From an uncultured Candidatus Binatia bacterium (GTDB taxonomy: Bacteria; Desulfobacterota; Binatia; UBA9968; JAJDTQ01): a DNA stretch of 64,000 bases. Positions 32,040-42,940 of the stretch are shown piece by piece. The stretch covers positions 3,520,001-3,584,000 of the forward strand of contig OZ219754.1 of the NCBI GenBank assembly GCA_964291295.2, written 5' to 3'. Every line of letters begins with the position of its first letter. The stretch's first letter is position 1. Both the position numbers and the translations under genes were made by a program. The notes under the pieces are model-generated. The model was given only the letters and a program-made list of their open reading frames with translations, was not told the origin of the DNA and searched no databases.

Positions 32040-32948
32040 ATGGGAAATCTGGGCATCTGCTTCGTCAACCCCGCCCCGCAGATCGAGCCGGGCTACGTCA
32101 CCACCATGGCACGAAAATGCGACCAGGCGGGCCTGCATTCGTTCTGGACCATCGACCGCATCGCCTATGACAATCTCGAAGCCATGACCGTGCTCGCGGC
32201 CGCCGCGGGAGCCACGGAACAGATCCGGCTGGGGACCTCGGTGCTGCTCTCGGCGCTGCGCCACCCGGCGCTCCTGGCCAAGACCGTGGCCACCCTCGAT
32301 TTCCTGTCCAGCGGCAGGCTGACCCTGGGCGTGGGTTTCGGCAGCCGGGAGAGCGACTTCAGTTCGGTGGAGGTTCCCTGGGAACATCGGGGAAGTCGGG
32401 CCGAAGAATCCCTGGGCCTCATGAAGCGGCTCTGGACCGAAGACGAAGTGGAGCACCACGGCCGGTTCTTCGACCTCCACAGCACCCGCTTCGGCCCCAG
32501 GTCCGTCCAGTCGCCCCACGTGCCCATCTGGATGGGCGGCACCGCCGAGACCGTTCTCAAGCGGGTAGGGCGGCTCGCCGACGGCTATATCTGCGGCAGC
32601 AGCGCCGTGCACGACTTCGACGCGGTATGGGATAAGATCAGCGGCTACGCCCGGGCGGCCGGCCGGGACCCGGACCGCATCGAGAAGGCCGGGCTTACCT
32701 TCATCGCCATCGACGACGACAAGAACAAGGCGGTGGAGGCATGCGGCAACTATCTCGTCCGCTACTACGGCAAGGTGCGCATGGACGTGGAGAAGTACAT
32801 GCTGGTGGGCAGCGCCGGCGCGTGCGCCGACGGCATCCGGCGGATCTTCGCCGGCGGCCTCCAGACGCTGATCATCGGTCTGGCCATCGCCGACCTGGCA
32901 CAGTTGGATACGTTCCTGGAGAAGGTGCTGCCGCAGGTGGCGGGCTGA
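32040..32948 (+). CDS. LLM-class flavin-dependent oxidoreductase
   Basis: W..D, AGATEQIRLGTSVL, RHPALLAK.VATLD.LS.GRL.LGVG.G, PIWMGG, LADG. Confidence 0.9.
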   Translation: MGNLGICFVNPAPQIEPGYVTTMARKCDQAGLHSFWTIDRIAYDNLEAMTVLAAAAGATEQIRLGTSVLLSALRHPALLAKTVATLDFLSSGRLTLGVGFGSRESDFSSVEVPWEHRGSRAEESLGLMKRLWTEDEVEHHGRFFDLHSTRFGPRSVQSPHVPIWMGGTAETVLKRVGRLADGYICGSSAVHDFDAVWDKISGYARAAGRDPDRIEKAGLTFIAIDDDKNKAVEACGNYLVRYYGKVRMDVEKYMLVGSAGACADGIRRIFAGGLQTLIIGLAIADLAQLDTFLEKVLPQVAG

Positions 32949-33015
32949 TCCGACGTGGCGGCCGCCGCCTGCTTCCGGCCCCCGCCGCCACGGGGATGGC
33001 GGGTTCGGGACGGCG

Positions 33016-33636
33016 CTACAGCGGCGCCGGGTCCTCGAAGTTCCTGGTGTAGGGCAGCCTGGCGGCGGTCTTGTCGACCTCCGCCATGTTCTGGAGAAGC
33101 AGCGCGGTGGAGTCCCACGAGCCCGTGGTCAGGGCGTTGCGGTGGCCGTCGCTGATGTCGAGGTCGATTTCCTCGCCGTCCGGCAGGCGCACCTTCCGGG
33201 CGTCCAGATCCACCGTGAGTTCCACCGCGGGGTCCGACTCCACCAGGGTCATGAGCCTTCCGATGTCCTCCGACGACACCATCACCGCAGGCATCCCCAG
33301 CAGCACGCTGCTGCCGGCGAAGATGGGGCCGAAGGACTCGCCGATGAGGACCCGGATGCCCCAGCGGTACAGAGCCTGCGGTGCGTGCTCCCGTGACGAC
33401 CCGCAGCCGAAGTTGCGGTTCACCAGCAGGACCTCGGCACCCTGGAAGCGCGCCTCGTTGAACGGATGATCGACGAGGTTGCCGCCGGCATCGCGGCGTT
33501 CGTCGAAGAACGGGTACTCGCCCATGCGGTTGAAGGTGATCTCCTTGAGGTAGCGGGCCGGCACGATTCGGTCGGTATCGATATCGTGTCCGCGCACCAC
33601 CACCGCCCTGCCGCTGACCTGCCTGATCTCGTTCAT
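33016..33636 (-). CDS. leuD: 3-isopropylmalate dehydratase small subunit
   Basis: [33 protein letters not shown] 33636 overlaps the leuC stop. Confidence 0.93.
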   Translation of the reverse strand: MNEIRQVSGRAVVVRGHDIDTDRIVPARYLKEITFNRMGEYPFFDERRDAGGNLVDHPFNEARFQGAEVLLVNRNFGCGSSREHAPQALYRWGIRVLIGESFGPIFAGSSVLLGMPAVMVSSEDIGRLMTLVESDPAVELTVDLDARKVRLPDGEEIDLDISDGHRNALTTGSWDSTALLLQNMAEVDKTAARLPYTRNFEDPAPL

Positions 33637-35039
33637 GGTTCCCTCGTGTACGTGCGCACGTCCACGACCCTGCCGTTCAGGGCCGCCGCGGCCACCATGG
33701 CGGGACTCATCAGCAGCGTCCGTCCCTCCGGGCTGCCCTGGCGGCCGATGAAGTTGCGGTTCGATGACGACGCGCACACTTCGCGGCCGTTGAGCTTGTC
33801 GGGGTTCATGGCCAGACACATGGAGCAACCCGCCTCCCGCCATTGAAAGCCGGCTTCGGTGAAGATCCGGTCGAGCCCGGCCGCCTCCGCCTGTTTCTTG
33901 ACCTCCACCGATCCGGGCACCACCAGCGCCCGCACGCCGGATGACACCTGGTTGCCCTTGGCAATACGCGCCGCGGCCACCAGATCGGAGAACCGTGAGT
34001 TGGTGCAGGAGCCGATGAACGCCACGTCGATGGGAGTCCCGAGAATCGGAGCGCCCGGCGTCCAGCCCATGTGCTGGTAGGCCTTCTCGACGGTCCCGGG
34101 ATCCTGCAGCTCTTCGGGGCGAGGCAGGTTCTCCAGCACCCCCAGCGCCTGTCCGGGATTGATGCCCCAGGTCACCGTCGGCTCGATGACCGAGCCGTCG
34201 ATGTCCACCACGTCGTCGTAGCGGGCGTCCGGATCCGACGCCATGGAGCGCCAGTACGCCACCGCGCGGTCGAAGGCCTCGCCCTTGGGCGCGAACTGCC
34301 GTCCCAGCAGGAAGTCGAAGGTGGTCAGGTCGGGGTTGACGTAACCCACCAGGGCGCCGCCCTCGATGCTCATGTTGCAGACGGTCATGCGTTCTTCCAT
34401 GTTCATGGCATCCAGCACCGCGCCGCCGTACTCGTACGCGAATCCCTTGCCGCCGCCGACCCCCAGCTGCCGGATGATGGTCAGGATCACATCCTTGGCG
34501 TGCACGCCCAGGGGGAGACGGCCGTTGACGTTGATGCGCCGCACCTTGAGCCGGTCCATGGACAGGGTCTGGGTGGCCAGCACGTCGCGCACCTGACTGG
34601 TGCCGATGCCGAAGGCCAAGGTCCCGAACGCCCCGTGGGTGCTCGTGTGGCTGTCGCCGCATGCCAGCGTCATCCCCGGCTGGGTCAGGCCGAGTTGCGG
34701 GCCGATGACGTGGACGATGCCCTGCCGGTCGTTACCCGGGCCGTAGTACTCGATGCCGAAGTCACGGACATTCTTCTCCAGCGCGGCCATCATCGCCTCG
34801 GCCTGACCGTCGGCAAAGGGCCGGACCCGGGAGTCCGTGGGTATGATGTGATCGGCGGTGGCGAAAGTCCGCTGGGGCCAAGCGATGGGAAGCCCGCGTT
34901 CCCGCAGCATGTCGAAAGCCTGGGGGGTGGTGACTTCGTGGACCAGGTGCAGTCCGATAAAGAGCTGGGTCTGCCCGGTGGGCAACGTCGTGACGGTGTG
35001 GGCGTCCCAGACCTTGTCATACAGCGTACGTTCAGACAT
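33633..35039 (-). CDS. leuC: 3-isopropylmalate dehydratase large subunit
   Basis: [51 protein letters not shown]. Confidence 0.95.
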   Translation of the reverse strand: MSERTLYDKVWDAHTVTTLPTGQTQLFIGLHLVHEVTTPQAFDMLRERGLPIAWPQRTFATADHIIPTDSRVRPFADGQAEAMMAALEKNVRDFGIEYYGPGNDRQGIVHVIGPQLGLTQPGMTLACGDSHTSTHGAFGTLAFGIGTSQVRDVLATQTLSMDRLKVRRINVNGRLPLGVHAKDVILTIIRQLGVGGGKGFAYEYGGAVLDAMNMEERMTVCNMSIEGGALVGYVNPDLTTFDFLLGRQFAPKGEAFDRAVAYWRSMASDPDARYDDVVDIDGSVIEPTVTWGINPGQALGVLENLPRPEELQDPGTVEKAYQHMGWTPGAPILGTPIDVAFIGSCTNSRFSDLVAAARIAKGNQVSSGVRALVVPGSVEVKKQAEAAGLDRIFTEAGFQWREAGCSMCLAMNPDKLNGREVCASSSNRNFIGRQGSPEGRTLLMSPAMVAAAALNGRVVDVRTYTREP

Positions 35040-35042
35040 GAA

Positions 35043-35855
35043 TCAATCTTCTCCTTGTCGGGAATCATAGCCAGCGACCCCGGCCACTTCAAGGGAAGCG
35101 CCGCGGCCGGGAACGCCGCCGCTCCGGTAGGACACCTCCGCCAGGAACAGGCCCCGGGCCGGTGCGGTGACGCCGGCCCGGGTGCGGTCACGGCCGTCCA
35201 TGAGCGCCCCCAGTTCGCCCGGGTCCCGTTCGCCGAGTCCCGCCTGCACCAGCGTGCCGACGATGTTCCGCACCATGTGCCGGAGGAACCCGGTGGCTTC
35301 GATGCGGTAGACCCAGTGGTCCTCCCACGGATAAAGCGCGTTGCCGTAGATCCGCCGGATCGGCGTGGCGGCGCCGCACCCGGAGGCCCGGAAACACGAG
35401 AAGTCGTGTTCCCCTTCCAGTGCCGGCAACGCCTTGCGCATGGCGTCGATGCACAAGGGCCTGGGAATGTGCCACGCGTAGCGGTCATGGAACACCGACC
35501 GCCAGCGGTGGTTCCACAGCCGGTACTCGTAGACGCGCCGCCGGGCATCCCGGCGGGCATCGAACGAAGCGGACGCCGCCTCCGCCGCCCTGACGGTGAT
35601 GTCGTCCGGGGTGAGGGCGTTCAGGCCCCGCTGGATGCGCGTCAGGTCCCGGTCGTCGGCGCAGACGAAGTTCGCCACCTGGCCCAGCGCATGAACGCCC
35701 GCATCGGTTCGTCCGGACCCATGGACCTGGACCCTGTCCCCCAGCAGCACGGCCAGTGCATCTTCCAGGACACCCTGGATCGTCGGCCCCTGGGGCTGGA
35801 CCTGCCATCCGCGGTAACGGGTACCGTCGTACTCCAGGGTCAATCGGACGTTCAT
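35043..35855 (-). CDS. truA: tRNA pseudouridine(38-40) synthase
   Basis: YDGT...GWQ.Q, SGRTDAGVHALGQV, GEHDF, FLRHMVRNIVG, TAPARGL.L. Confidence 0.95.
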   Translation of the reverse strand: MNVRLTLEYDGTRYRGWQVQPQGPTIQGVLEDALAVLLGDRVQVHGSGRTDAGVHALGQVANFVCADDRDLTRIQRGLNALTPDDITVRAAEAASASFDARRDARRRVYEYRLWNHRWRSVFHDRYAWHIPRPLCIDAMRKALPALEGEHDFSCFRASGCGAATPIRRIYGNALYPWEDHWVYRIEATGFLRHMVRNIVGTLVQAGLGERDPGELGALMDGRDRTRAGVTAPARGLFLAEVSYRSGGVPGRGASLEVAGVAGYDSRQGED

Positions 35856-35898
35856 GGGGTCCCTCGGCTCGAGCCGGGAAACAGCGCCGGCGGGCGGA

Positions 35899-36921
35899 TC
35901 AGTGGCGGTTCCGGATCAGGATCTCGGCGATCTGCACCGCGTTGAGGGCCGCGCCCTTGCGCAGGTTGTCGGCCACCACCCACAGGTTGATGCCGTTCTC
36001 CACGGACGTGTCCTCACGGATGCGTCCGACACGGGTGGCGTCCTTGCCCGCCGCCTCGGTGGCGAGCGGATAGTCGTTGCTCCGGGGCTCGTCCTGGAGC
36101 AGCACGCCGGGGGCCTCCCGGAGAATGGCACGGACGTCGTCCGCCGACAGCCGGGTCCGGGTCTCGACATTGATGGACTCGGAGTGGCTGCAGAAAACCG
36201 GCACGCGCACGGCGGTGGCGGTGATGCGGATGTCCGGGTCGTCCAGGATCTTGCGCGTCTCCTGGACCATCTTCATCTCTTCCCGGGTGTAGCCGTCGGG
36301 CAGGAACGTATCGATGTGGGGAATGCAGTTGAACGCAATCGGGTGCGGAAACTGCTCGCACTCCACATCGTGGCTGTTGAACAACGCCGCGGTCTGCTTG
36401 CCGAGTTCCTCCATGGCGCGCCGCCCGGCTCCGGACACCGACTGGTAGGTGGAAACCACGATGCGGCGGATGCCCGCGGCGTCGTACAGCGGCTTGAGCG
36501 CCACCACCATCTGAATGGTGGAGCAGTTGGGATTGGCGATGATGCCACGGCGGACGTGTTCGTCGATCTTGTCCGCGTTGACTTCCGGCACCACCAGCGG
36601 CACGTCGTCGTCCATGCGGAAACGGCTGGTGTTGTCGATGACCACCGCGCCCGCGTCCACCGCCGCCGGGGCGTACTCGGCGCTCACCGACGAACCCGCG
36701 GAGAAGAGGGCGATGTCGATGCCGGCGAAGGAGTCCTCGGTCAGCACCTCCACCGGAATCTGCCGGCCGCGGAATTCGAGACGCTGGCCGGCGGAGCGCT
36801 CGGAGGCCAGCAACCGGAGGGTGTCCACCGGAAACCGGCGCTCCTCGAGAATCTTCCGCATCTCCTCGCCCACCACCCCGGTGGCTCCCACCACGGCTAC
36901 GTTGTGGCTGTCCTTGCCCAT
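35899..36921 (-). CDS. asd: Aspartate-semialdehyde dehydrogenase
   Basis: VVGATG.VG, IIANPNCSTIQ, TYQSVSGAG, VRVPV...HSE, DNLRKGAALNAVQI. Confidence 0.95.
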   Translation of the reverse strand: MGKDSHNVAVVGATGVVGEEMRKILEERRFPVDTLRLLASERSAGQRLEFRGRQIPVEVLTEDSFAGIDIALFSAGSSVSAEYAPAAVDAGAVVIDNTSRFRMDDDVPLVVPEVNADKIDEHVRRGIIANPNCSTIQMVVALKPLYDAAGIRRIVVSTYQSVSGAGRRAMEELGKQTAALFNSHDVECEQFPHPIAFNCIPHIDTFLPDGYTREEMKMVQETRKILDDPDIRITATAVRVPVFCSHSESINVETRTRLSADDVRAILREAPGVLLQDEPRSNDYPLATEAAGKDATRVGRIREDTSVENGINLWVVADNLRKGAALNAVQIAEILIRNRH

Positions 36922-36931
36922 GAGCTTCGCT

Positions 36932-38026
36932 TCAGGCCGCGCGGCTCGCCGCAATCTCCTGCCGCACCCGCGCGCCCATTTCCCTGCAACCCACCACCGG
37001 GGCCTCCTCCCCGGCGATATCCGGGGTGCGGTGCCCGGCGTCCAGCACCCGTTCCACCGCCCCCTCGATACAGTCCGCGGCGGCGCCCCGGTCCAGCGAA
37101 TGACGGAGCATGAGCGCCACGGTCAGGATGGCCGCCAGCGGATTGGCCTTGTCCTGGCCGGCGATGTCCGGAGCGCTGCCATGCACCGGCTCGTACAGGC
37201 CCACCTTGCCGCCGAGGCTGGCGGACGGCAGCATGCCGATGGAGCCGGTGAGCATGGCGGCCTCATCGCTGAGAATGTCCCCGAACATGTTGGTGGTCAC
37301 GATGACGTCGAACTGCCTGGGGTCCCGTATGAGCTGCATGGCGCAGTTGTCCACCAGCATGTGGTCGAGCCTGACGTCGCCGTAGCCTTCTTCCTCGTGG
37401 ATCCGGGTCACCACCCTGCGCCACAGCTCGGTGGATTCCAGCACGTTGGCCTTGTCCACCGAGGTGACCCGGTGCCGCCTTCGGCGCGCGGCGTCGAAGG
37501 CCATCCTGGCGATCCGTTCGATCTCCCGGGTCGTGTAGATCAGGGTGTTGACTCCCCGCTCGCCGCCGCCGGGCTCCGGGGTGATGCCCTTGGGCTGCCC
37601 GAAGTAGATACCCCCCGTCAACTCGCGCACCACCACCAGGTCAGTGCCCGCCACCACCTCGGGCTTGAGCGTCGAGGCCTGCGCCAGCGGTGCGAACAGC
37701 CGGACCGGGCGCAGATTGGCGAACAGCCCCAACTCCCGGCGCAACGCCAGCAAGGCCCGCTCCGGACGGATGGCATAGTCCAGCCCGTCCCACCTGGGCC
37801 CGCCCATGGCACCCAGCACCACCGCGTCGCTGGCCTTGGCCAAGGCCAGGACCTCGTCGGTCAGCGGGGTGCCGTGAGCGTCAATGGACGCTCCGCCGAC
37901 CAGACCTTCCTCCACCTCAATGGTGAAGTCGAAGAGGTCGCCCGCCTGGCGCAGCACCGTCATGGCCTCTGCCACGACTTCCGGACCGATGCCGTCGCCC
38001 GGAAGCACCGTGATCTTGTGATTCAT
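36932..38026 (-). CDS. leuB: 3-isopropylmalate dehydrogenase
   Basis: [47 protein letters not shown]. Confidence 0.95.
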   Translation of the reverse strand: MNHKITVLPGDGIGPEVVAEAMTVLRQAGDLFDFTIEVEEGLVGGASIDAHGTPLTDEVLALAKASDAVVLGAMGGPRWDGLDYAIRPERALLALRRELGLFANLRPVRLFAPLAQASTLKPEVVAGTDLVVVRELTGGIYFGQPKGITPEPGGGERGVNTLIYTTREIERIARMAFDAARRRRHRVTSVDKANVLESTELWRRVVTRIHEEEGYGDVRLDHMLVDNCAMQLIRDPRQFDVIVTTNMFGDILSDEAAMLTGSIGMLPSASLGGKVGLYEPVHGSAPDIAGQDKANPLAAILTVALMLRHSLDRGAAADCIEGAVERVLDAGHRTPDIAGEEAPVVGCREMGARVRQEIAASRAA

Positions 38027-39579
38027 GGCCCCCCCTCTGCCGAAGCCTGGCGGTGTCGCTTGCGATACTCCAGCCGGTTCAGCGCGTTCACATACGCCAG
38101 CGCACTCGCCATGAGGATATCCGTATGGGAACCCTTGCCCGAGATGTGAATGTCCTTTTCCTGAAGCATGCACGACACCTCGCCCTGGGCGTCCGTGCCG
38201 CCGGTGACGCTGGAAACCGAGTAGCGCCGCAGCGTCGCCTGGCTGCCGGCGATCCTGGCGATGGCTTTGTAACAGGCATCCACCACCCCGTCACCGGTAT
38301 CGTGGACCATCTTCTCCTCGCCGTCCACCCGCATGCGAATGGTGGCCGACGGCACCGCCGACGAACTGGTGGCGACGTTCATGTACAGGAGTTCGTAACG
38401 GTCCGGCTGACTCGGTATCCGCAACACCTCATCCGCCACCAGGGCCTCGATGTCCTCGTCGAACACTTCCTTCTTCTTGTCGGCGAGCTCCTTGAACCGC
38501 TCGAAGGCGCGGCCGACTTCGTCCTTGCCGAGCGAGAAACCGAGTTGCCGCAGCCTCTCGCCGAAGGCGTGCCGCCCGGAGTGCTTGCCCATGACCAGCC
38601 GGTTGCCCGTGATGCCGACGGTCTCGGGTTTCATGATTTCGTAGGTGAGCTTCTGCTTCAGCACACCGTCCTGATGAATCCCGGCCTCATGGGCGAAAGC
38701 GTTGTCGCCGACGATGGGCTTGTTGAGAGGAACCGTGATGCCGGTGACCTGGGACAGCAGACGCGAGGTGGGGTATATCTGCTCGGTATGAATGCGCGTG
38801 TCGAGATTGAACACCGGCTGGCGCGTCTTCAACGCCATCACCACCTCTTCCAGCGAGGTATTGCCGGCGCGCTCGCCGATGCCGTTCACCGTACACTCCA
38901 CCTGCCGCGCTCCGTTGGCCACGGCGGCCAGGGAGTTGGCCACGGCGAGGCCCAGGTCGTTGTGGCAGTGGGCGCTCCAGACGACCTTGTCCGAACCCTC
39001 GGTGTTCTCCATCAGGTACCGCACCAGCTCACCGAACTCGGTGGGGATGGCGTAGCCGGTGGTGTCGGGGATGTTGAGGGTCTTCGCCCCGGCCCGGATG
39101 GCCTCGCCGAACACTTCGACCAGGAAGTCCCGGTCGCTGCGGGAGGCGTCCTCGGCCGAAAACTCGACGTAGTCCAGGTGCTTTCTGGCGTAGGCCACCG
39201 CCGTACCCACGGACTCCATCACCTCGTCCCGGGACATGCGGAGCTTGTGCTTCATATGGATGTCGGAGGTGGCGATGAAGGTGTGGAGCCCGGGCTTGCG
39301 CGCGCCTTCCACCGCCTTGACGGCCTTCTGGATGTCGCCGATCTGCGCCCTGGCCAGGCTGAGGACGATGGGGCGCCTCACGGCCTTGCACACCTGCACC
39401 ACCGATTCGAAATCACCCGGAGACGAGGCGGCGAAACCGGCTTCGATGACGTCCACGCCCAGCTTGTCCAGTTGACGGGCGATGAGGACCTTCTCGTCCA
39501 TGTTCATGCTTGCCCCGGGGGACTGCTCGCCGTCCCTGAGGGTGGTATCGAAAATATTCACGATGTTCCTGGAGCCCAT
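38023..39579 (-). CDS. leuA: 2-isopropylmalate synthase
   Basis: [43 protein letters not shown] and C-terminal regulatory domain. Confidence 0.95.
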   Translation of the reverse strand: MGSRNIVNIFDTTLRDGEQSPGASMNMDEKVLIARQLDKLGVDVIEAGFAASSPGDFESVVQVCKAVRRPIVLSLARAQIGDIQKAVKAVEGARKPGLHTFIATSDIHMKHKLRMSRDEVMESVGTAVAYARKHLDYVEFSAEDASRSDRDFLVEVFGEAIRAGAKTLNIPDTTGYAIPTEFGELVRYLMENTEGSDKVVWSAHCHNDLGLAVANSLAAVANGARQVECTVNGIGERAGNTSLEEVVMALKTRQPVFNLDTRIHTEQIYPTSRLLSQVTGITVPLNKPIVGDNAFAHEAGIHQDGVLKQKLTYEIMKPETVGITGNRLVMGKHSGRHAFGERLRQLGFSLGKDEVGRAFERFKELADKKKEVFDEDIEALVADEVLRIPSQPDRYELLYMNVATSSSAVPSATIRMRVDGEEKMVHDTGDGVVDACYKAIARIAGSQATLRRYSVSSVTGGTDAQGEVSCMLQEKDIHISGKGSHTDILMASALAYVNALNRLEYRKRHRQASAEGGP

Positions 39580-39592
39580 GGTCTTTCTCCTC

Positions 39593-39627
39593 AAAAAAAA
39601 CTCCCGCTGGGGGTCCGGCGGGAGTTT
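39593..39627 (-). terminator. Intrinsic terminator between pssA and leuA
   Basis: Minus strand AAACTCCCGCCGG-ACCC-CCAGCGGGAG-TTTTTTTT, immediately before the leuA RBS (GAGGAG). Confidence 0.8.
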
Positions 39628-39655
39628 CGGTCAAGCAAGCTGGAGTCTACCTGGA

Positions 39656-40510
39656 TCAGGCTTGTCGCAACACCTGCTCCTCCCTCCGTCGCTTCCGCAC
39701 GGCAAGCAGCCATAACAGGGGGCCCGATAGGGTATAGATCAATAACGCCGAGAACAACATGATCTGCCACATCGCGATGGTCAGTATAAGGACTGCCAGC
39801 GCGGAAAGCAACAACCGAATGGTGCTGCGCTTCTTCAGGTGGTGCGGCTTGAGACTCAGGTAACGGAAATGGCTCACCATGAGGCCCGCCAGTCCACATG
39901 CGATGAGGATGAAGATCACGGGCCTGCCGTCCGTGTTCTCGAGGCCGAGCATGAGATACATGAAGATGGTGGCGGCGATCATGGCCGCGGCCGCCGGGAT
40001 CGGCAGGCCGGTGAAGTAGCTCTTTTCCACAGCCAGGGTCTGGACGTTGTAGCGCGCCAGACGCAACGCGCCGCACACCGTGAACAGCGCCGCCCCGAGG
40101 CCGCCCCAGGTTCCCCACGGGGCCAGCGCGAAGACATGCATCAATACCGCCGGCGCCACCCCGAACGAAACCACGTCGGCCAGGGAATCGAACTCGACGC
40201 CGAACTGGCTGGTCGTGTGGGTCAGCCGCGCCACCGCACCGTCGACACCGTCCAGCAGGTGGGCGGCCACGATCAGCACGGCGGCCCGATGAAACTCGCC
40301 GTCCAGGGCGAACAGAATGGCGAAGATACCGCAGAAGAGATTGCCCGCCGTGAACAGGCTGGGCAGGAGAAAAATGCCCCGGCGAAGCCGATGGGCCGGG
40401 CTCCGCCGTCTCAGGCGGTCCCGTCGGATCCTGCCCCTCGGGATCAGGCGGACCTTCTTGAACGACGTGTCCCTGTTTTCCGGACGTTCCACGTCAGAAC
40501 CTGGCGACAA
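39656..40510 (-). CDS. pssA: CDP-diacylglycerol--serine O-phosphatidyltransferase
   Basis: LLPSLFT, DGVDGAVAR, FGVEFDSLADVVSFGVAP, RLARYN, FTGLPIP. Start uncertain (GTG 40492 possible). Confidence 0.92.
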   Translation of the reverse strand: MSPGSDVERPENRDTSFKKVRLIPRGRIRRDRLRRRSPAHRLRRGIFLLPSLFTAGNLFCGIFAILFALDGEFHRAAVLIVAAHLLDGVDGAVARLTHTTSQFGVEFDSLADVVSFGVAPAVLMHVFALAPWGTWGGLGAALFTVCGALRLARYNVQTLAVEKSYFTGLPIPAAAAMIAATIFMYLMLGLENTDGRPVIFILIACGLAGLMVSHFRYLSLKPHHLKKRSTIRLLLSALAVLILTIAMWQIMLFSALLIYTLSGPLLWLLAVRKRRREEQVLRQA

Positions 40511-41105
40511 TGGTCTCTCCGCCGCGGACCCGCTGGCCGGGTTGCACCGCCACGTCGGCGTCCCGGGGCAGGTAGAGATCCACGCGGGAGCCGAACATGA
40601 TCATGCCGAAACGTTCGCCCTTCCGCAACGAGTCGCCGGGGCTGACATGGCAGACGATCCGGCGGGCGAGAAACCCCGCAATCTGCACGATGCGAAGCGT
40701 CCGGCCGGCGTCACCCACCAGTGTCACGGCGTTGCGCTCGTTCTCCTCCGACGCCTTGCCCTTGTAGGCGGCCAGGAAATGGCCCGCCTGATAGCGGACA
40801 GCGGACACGCACCCGTTCATGGGCGCCCGGTTGATGTGCACATCCAGGGGTGAAAGGAAGATGCTGAGCCTGAGGCCGCCGGCGTCCGGGGCGTCCGCCA
40901 CCTCCACGACCTTGCCGTCCGCCGGTGAGACCACCACGCCGTCGGCGTCCGGGGCGGTCCGCTCCGGATCGCGGAAGAAACCCGCCACGGCCGCGGCCGC
41001 GGCCAGCAGCAACACGCCGGCCGCGACCCAGCCCACGGCCATGGCCGCGGCCGCCAGCCCCAGCGCGGCAAAAACGAACCGATATCCTTCGGTTGCAATC
41101 CTGAT
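40494..41105 (-). CDS. psd: Phosphatidylserine decarboxylase (short Psd type)
   Basis: FFRDPER, VSPADGKV, SIFLSPLDVH.NR.P, NERN, QIAG..ARRI and autocleavage motif FGSR. N-terminus RIATEGY implies a start at ATC 41105. Confidence 0.9.
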   Translation of the reverse strand: MRIATEGYRFVFAALGLAAAAMAVGWVAAGVLLLAAAAAVAGFFRDPERTAPDADGVVVSPADGKVVEVADAPDAGGLRLSIFLSPLDVHINRAPMNGCVSAVRYQAGHFLAAYKGKASEENERNAVTLVGDAGRTLRIVQIAGFLARRIVCHVSPGDSLRKGERFGMIMFGSRVDLYLPRDADVAVQPGQRVRGGETIVARF

Positions 41106-41325
41106 GAGAACGCTCCCCGATATGTTGATCTATACATTGACCGATACGCCCCCGGGGCGGGTCCGTCTCAGCCGACGGGGTGTCGGGCATGTGCGGACCG
41201 GCAGACCGTCCGCGCCAGAGGAGCCTGCACCGCAGAAAATTCTCGTGGGACGGAGAGCCGCCAGAATCCCGATTCGTGCCCAATGAGGGGACCGGGCTGA
41301 AGGTTCCCGGCATTCTGGACGAAAA

Positions 41326-42342
41326 CTAGTTCCTGCTCTTGTCCACCAGTCGGTTCTCGGTCAGCCAGGGCATCATCGACCGGAGCTGCTCGCCCACCCG
41401 CTCGATGGGATGGCTGCGGGACGCCTGGCGCAATTCGTTGAACCGGGACGATCCGGAGCGATGTTCGTTCAACCACTCGCCGGCAAATTTTCCCGACTGA
41501 ATTTCCGCCAGGATCTCCTTCATGACCCTGCGCGTGTCGTCCCCGACGACGCGCGTCCCGCGGGTGAGGTCGCCGTATTCCGCGGTGTTGCTCACGGAAT
41601 AGCGCATGTTGGCCAAGCCGCCCTCGTAGATGAGATCCACGATCAGCTTGACCTCGTGACAACACTCGAAATAGGCCATCTCCGGCGGGTAGCCCGCCTC
41701 CACCAAGGTTTCGTAACCCGCCTGTATCAGCGCCGTGAGACCGCCGCAGAGCACCGTCTGCTCGCCGAACAGGTCGGTTTCGGTCTCGTCCTTGAACGTT
41801 GTCTCGATGACCGCGGCACGGGCACCGCCGATGGCCGCGGCATACGCCAGGCCCACGGGCCGGCTGTCGCCGGACGGATCCTGGTGGATGGCCAGCAGGC
41901 ACGGCACCCCCCTGCCCCGCTCGAACTCGCTGCGCACCAAGTGGCCGGGCCCCTTGGGCGCCACCATGAACACGTTGACGTTCTCCGGCGGCACCACCCG
42001 CTTGAAGTGGATGTTGAAGCCGTGACCGAAGGCCAGGTAGTTCCCCGGCTCGAGACCGGGCTGGATGGCCTCGCGATAGACGTCGCCCTGAAGCTCGTCC
42101 GGCAGCAGGACCATGACCACGTCGCCGGCCCGGACCGCCTCCGCCGTCTCCATCACCGCCAGGCCGGCGTCCGCCGCCTTGGCCCAGGAGGCGCTGTCGC
42201 GCCGGAGCCCCACCACCACATCCACGCCCGAGTCGCGCAGATTGGCGGCGTGCGCATGCCCCTGGCTGCCGTAACCCAGCACGGCGACCTTGCGATGGCG
42301 AATCCGACCCGGATCCACGTCCTGGTCATGGTAGACCTGCAT
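41326..42342 (-). CDS. ilvC: Ketol-acid reductoisomerase
   Basis: [45 protein letters not shown]. Confidence 0.97.
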   Translation of the reverse strand: MQVYHDQDVDPGRIRHRKVAVLGYGSQGHAHAANLRDSGVDVVVGLRRDSASWAKAADAGLAVMETAEAVRAGDVVMVLLPDELQGDVYREAIQPGLEPGNYLAFGHGFNIHFKRVVPPENVNVFMVAPKGPGHLVRSEFERGRGVPCLLAIHQDPSGDSRPVGLAYAAAIGGARAAVIETTFKDETETDLFGEQTVLCGGLTALIQAGYETLVEAGYPPEMAYFECCHEVKLIVDLIYEGGLANMRYSVSNTAEYGDLTRGTRVVGDDTRRVMKEILAEIQSGKFAGEWLNEHRSGSSRFNELRQASRSHPIERVGEQLRSMMPWLTENRLVDKSRN

Positions 42343-42452
42343 GAATACCTCCCTGCCCGATTTCCCTGTCTGATCGACGCCGCCCGCTCCGACGCCTCTT
42401 CGCCTTTCCCGGAACGGAGTGGGAGATCACGGGGCAAACCGCTCCGCAGACG

Positions 42453-42929
42453 CTACAACTCGCGAGCGATGGCGATCCGGCCGGTACGCACGATCTCCTT
42501 GATGCCCAAGGGCTTCAGCAGGCTGATCACCGCCTGGATCTTGCCGGAATCTCCCGACACCTCGATGGTATAGGTCTGCGACGTCGAGTCCACGATGTTG
42601 GCCCGGAAGATCTGTGCGATGCGAATGGCCTCGTCCCTGTGCGTCTGCTTCGCCAGTATCTTGATGAGAGCCGTTTCCCGGTCGATGTGGTCCTCTTCGG
42701 TCAGGTCCACCACCTTGAGAACCTCGATGACCTTGTTGAGTTGCTTCATGATCTGCTCGATGACCTCCTCGTCGCCCGAGGTCACGATGGTGATCATGGA
42801 GATGGTGGCGTCCGGGGTAGGCGCCACCGAGAGACTCTCGATGTTGTAGCCCCGGGCGCTGAAAAGGCCAGCCACCCGCGCGAGCACTCCCGACTTGTTC
42901 TCGACCAGAACCGCGATGATGTGTTCCAT
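42453..42929 (-). CDS. ilvN: Acetolactate synthase small subunit
   Basis: VLVENK.GVLARVAGLFS.RGYNIESLSV, KQLNK, EIVRTG.IA. Confidence 0.95.
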   Translation of the reverse strand: MEHIIAVLVENKSGVLARVAGLFSARGYNIESLSVAPTPDATISMITIVTSGDEEVIEQIMKQLNKVIEVLKVVDLTEEDHIDRETALIKILAKQTHRDEAIRIAQIFRANIVDSTSQTYTIEVSGDSGKIQAVISLLKPLGIKEIVRTGRIAIAREL

Positions 42930-42940
42930 CCGCCAAACCC

